A DNA stretch of 64,000 nucleotides. It comes from Podarcis cretensis (Eukaryota). The stretch's first letter is position 1. Each line of letters opens with the position of its first letter. Where the stretch lies: assembly GCA_951804945.1 (NCBI GenBank), contig OX638152.1, positions 58,466,001 through 58,530,000 of the forward strand. Reading direction: 5' to 3'. Made by a program: the position numbers and the translations under genes. Below, piece after piece: positions 60,471 through 64,000 of the stretch. The notes under the pieces were generated by a model. It was not told the origin of the DNA. It ran no database searches and saw only the letters and a program-made list of their open reading frames with translations.

Positions 60471-62169
60471 AACTCCTATGCAGCTACTAGACGGCTCCAC
60501 TAGGTGGAGCTAATAGATTAACCCCAATACAAGGCATAGGTTTATTACAAATCCATGAAAAGTAGGCACTGCATTTTCTCAATTTGTGTTGGTTGAGACT
60601 TTATGGGTAGAAAGAGGCAGAGGGAGGGGGAATCAAAACAGCTTTGCATGCCAGCTCTGTTGGCCTCCCCATCTTTGATAGTGTCAGCTTTACTCCCCCC
60701 CCCCACCTGATATCCATGTGAATCAAGCCTAAAATACTTCACTTAGTTGCACCTACCTAGGGGATGGGATCAGAAAGAAAGAAGAATCGGTGGGGCAAGA
60801 GGAGAGTAGGGAGAACCTGGCAGTTCTTACACATCTTACTGCTGCTAATCTCCTTTCAAAAGAGTCAAATATAAAGTCATGTTCTTTCTTGTGAAAACAT
60901 TACTAGCCTGTGGGTGTCAACACAACCTTCATTTCCAAGAAATCTGTTGCAGCCCACAGTGAGTCTAGAGAAATTACATTTTGATGACAGCGAAGACAGA
61001 CTGCGAGCAAAACATTGCACACTTAAGCTGTGTAACAGCAACAATCTTGTTGGCTTTTTTTTAAAAAAAGACCATTATCTCCTGTTCTATAAAGAACTAC
61101 AGCAAAAAAAGGACCAAAGGTGCATGTTTTCAATTTTTGCTTAGACCTTGACAGATACCCTTCTCTTTCTTCAGTTGCTATTCATTGAAAGGAAAAACCT
61201 TTCCTTCTCGCTTGGATGAAGAACAGCAAATACCATTGCTCAGCTGCTCAGTTTCCTTTTACATGCTATGTATTATGTAATCAACTTACACAATCATCTC
61301 AGGTATAGCAAGTTAGGAGATAGCAATTCACCAAAACAACTATACAAATACTTTGAATGGAATGAAGCTTTGCCACAATAAACTAAACTTGTGAAGAAGT
61401 ATTGGTGGACACACTCAATTTCATGCATGAAGTTCAACAGTTCACAATTTCAGCTGCCAGGGATTACACACACACCCTAACCCTGCTGAAGTGAAAAAGG
61501 ATTTTTACTCTGTGTGCATGTGTGTATCTATTATCTGTCTACGTATTTATCTAGCCAGCCTTCCCTTGTAATATGCAGCTAGCAACCCACTATCTTGAAT
61601 AAATGGCTGATTATAGGACACATAACTGAGTATCTAATATGCATGGCTCAATATCTACTCTGGCATAGTGCTACTCATGGTGAACTTTATATTCTTATTT
61701 TGGCATACTGCGGTCTAGATTACTTAGGTTAATCTGTAAAGGACTCATCAGTCCATGATCCCACTAGAGAACATATGGAGAACATATGGTCAAGGGCAGC
61801 TTTCACCAAATTAGTGCCCTCCATAAATTTTGGACTACAACTCCCATCAGTCTCCACCTCTGGAGAAGACTGGCCTAGGACACCCATCCCCATGTTAAGA
61901 AAATTCATTTAGTCATGATACTCTTTCCTTTTTCCCCTATAGGAAACAGCATTGTGATAACATTGCAAATTAACTGTAATAAAAGCAATATCAATCACTA
62001 AACTATACTACATTTTAGTAGGGTTTTATTTATTTATTTTGCCTCTAATGATATGCCAGAGGTGGTACTTTAAAGTCCTATTTGACTCCAACATTTACAT
62101 GTTTTTCTCCATTTAACCCGTGTGTGTAACATACACACACACACGACAACAGATGATCATACTTCAATG

Positions 62170-62300
62170 CTGCTGACAAACTGAGCTCTCACCAAAAAAA
62201 AGCTTATGCCATAATGAAATTGGTTAGTCTTTAAAGTACCACAAAACTCTTTGATTTGTTTTGGTGCCTGCAACAAACTAACATAGCTAACCCTCTGAAA
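62170..62300 (+). mobile_element. Decayed Penelope-like terminal repeat
   Basis: AAAGCTTATGCCATAAT...TTGGTTAGTCTTTAAAGTACCAC...CAAACTAACATAGCTAACCCTCTG, homologous to the 33.8-34.3 kb repeat. Confidence 0.7.
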
Positions 62301-64000
62301 ATTTAACCTCATTGCAGCATTACAGATTCATCGTGCAACACACAATGGCCCCGTTCAAGTGTTTGCGTTGTGTGTGAACTCTGCACATGAAGTGGGAGTG
62401 TGAAGATGAAGGCATGAGCTCCTCCTCCTAACTCCTGGACTCCTGGACTCCTCTTTGCAGATAGTCATGCTTCTGGATGGCAACAGGAGCAAGGATGGAG
62501 GAGTGGAGCCAACACACTCAGCCCCCCGCATGTGGAGCTCAAACACAATACAAATATTAATAGGGCTGATATCACCAACTAACACTTAACCCATTTTAAA
62601 TGAATCCCAAGAGCAGTATTTAAAAAAGCCAAAAAAGAGAGTAATAATTGAAAATACCAGTAAATTATTTTAAACCACAGTGCAGTTTATAGGCAGAAAT
62701 GCATAAAGCACAGTAGCCATGGCCATACAGCGTACACTAATACCCAGAGCTTCACCCACCCCATTCTTCTCCTCTCACTCTAGCCGAGGTGGATTCCATC
62801 AATGCATATCACAAAGCCTAGGATGCTCAGAACCCATCTTTAACCCAAACATGCATTTGGGGACCATTTCTTAGTTGATTTTACCATATACTGTATGGAG
62901 GTAGCACTGTTGTTGTGATTCACCTTAGATCAGGTTGCAACCTAGTAATGGGTCCCAACCCATCAGTGATGGGTAGTGGCTTTCCAAGGCTTTCAGACCA
63001 GAATCTTCCTTAGCTGCACACAGAGATGCCAGAAATTGAACCCAGGGCCTTCTGCATGCCACTGAGCTACAGTCTTGTCCTCCCTTCCTGGCTCTCTCAT
63101 GCACAACACAAATGCATGATTTTCAACAAGCAGTGCAGTGCCTATAGGAATATGCCCACAAAGAGCAATGAGGAAACTCAGGGGCTATGTAGTATTATTC
63201 TCCTTTTGATTTTGCAGACACTTCTTGTGAATTTTATCCTGTGGGAAGATACAACAATCTGCTACACTGAAAGTGTCAGCCAAGAATATATATTTATATA
63301 AAAGAATAGCGCTTCTTGCAGGACACAAATAATGCTTTAGAAAACAAGATTCCTGACAAAGATTTCTCAGCCAACACCACTAATGTTCACTGTGTCTGAC
63401 AACAGAATATTGAAGAAAGCAGATAAACACTTTCCAGACATTATTTTAAACTGGAAAGCAAATAGTTATCAAGAGGCAAGAAATACAAGGACAATAGGGA
63501 TGGTTACAAAACATCTTCCACAGAAAAACAAAATTGTTCAGCTTCTGAAGTTCAGATTGACTGATGGCATCAGTAGCACCCTCGTGACTTTGCCTATGTG
63601 TGGATCTGCATAGGCACCAATTCATTGTTTTAAAATACTTTTCTTAAAAAGAGATTATTATTTTTGGAAAGAGAGAAAATGGCCAGGAGCTGAAGGAGCA
63701 TCAAATGTGTCCAGGACAGCCAATCAAAACTATGTTTCTCTAAAATGAAGCAGAAGGGGAGGAGCAACCAGAATGTGGAGAACAAACACCGATAGATCTA
63801 AAAGAGAGTGTTGGTTGCATCCTCCACCTAGTACCAATATCAGGAACAGAGGAGAAAAACTGCCAGTCCGGTTATCCCTTTAGAGATGTGGCTTTGGCTC
63901 TCTAGGGAGTTCAATCAGGTCTATCCATCTGGAGATGCAAAATCAGTTCCAAGATGCTGAGTTTCCACATACTGCTGTCTTAACCATCTATTTCTGATGG

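Overview
Eukaryotic, AT-rich vertebrate DNA, almost certainly from a squamate reptile and probably a lacertid lizard (inferred from Sauria SINEs and the repeat set). I see no protein-coding host exon I can identify, so the window reads as intronic or intergenic and is dominated by transposable elements. These include four 5'-truncated L1-clade 3' ends with target-site duplications (TSDs), one nested in another, plus CR1, L2 and RTE fragments, several tRNA-derived SINE families, five Tigger/pogo-like MITEs, hAT MITEs, Penelope-like terminal repeats (one with a minimal hammerhead core), putative solo LTRs and many microsatellites. The most interesting content is a tyrosine-recombinase (YR) retrotransposon pair. 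One member is a decayed Ngaro-type element at ~51.27-53.40 kb: a YR split by a MITE, followed by an ATG-less SGNH-hydrolase reading frame behind a splice acceptor. The other is a CpG-rich, non-coding ~900 bp element at 17.65-18.55 kb on the minus strand. It shares the Ngaro 3' terminal motifs, is bounded by a GCAAA direct repeat, and looks like a non-autonomous partner. Family names come from recall of consensus motifs, not from a database search.
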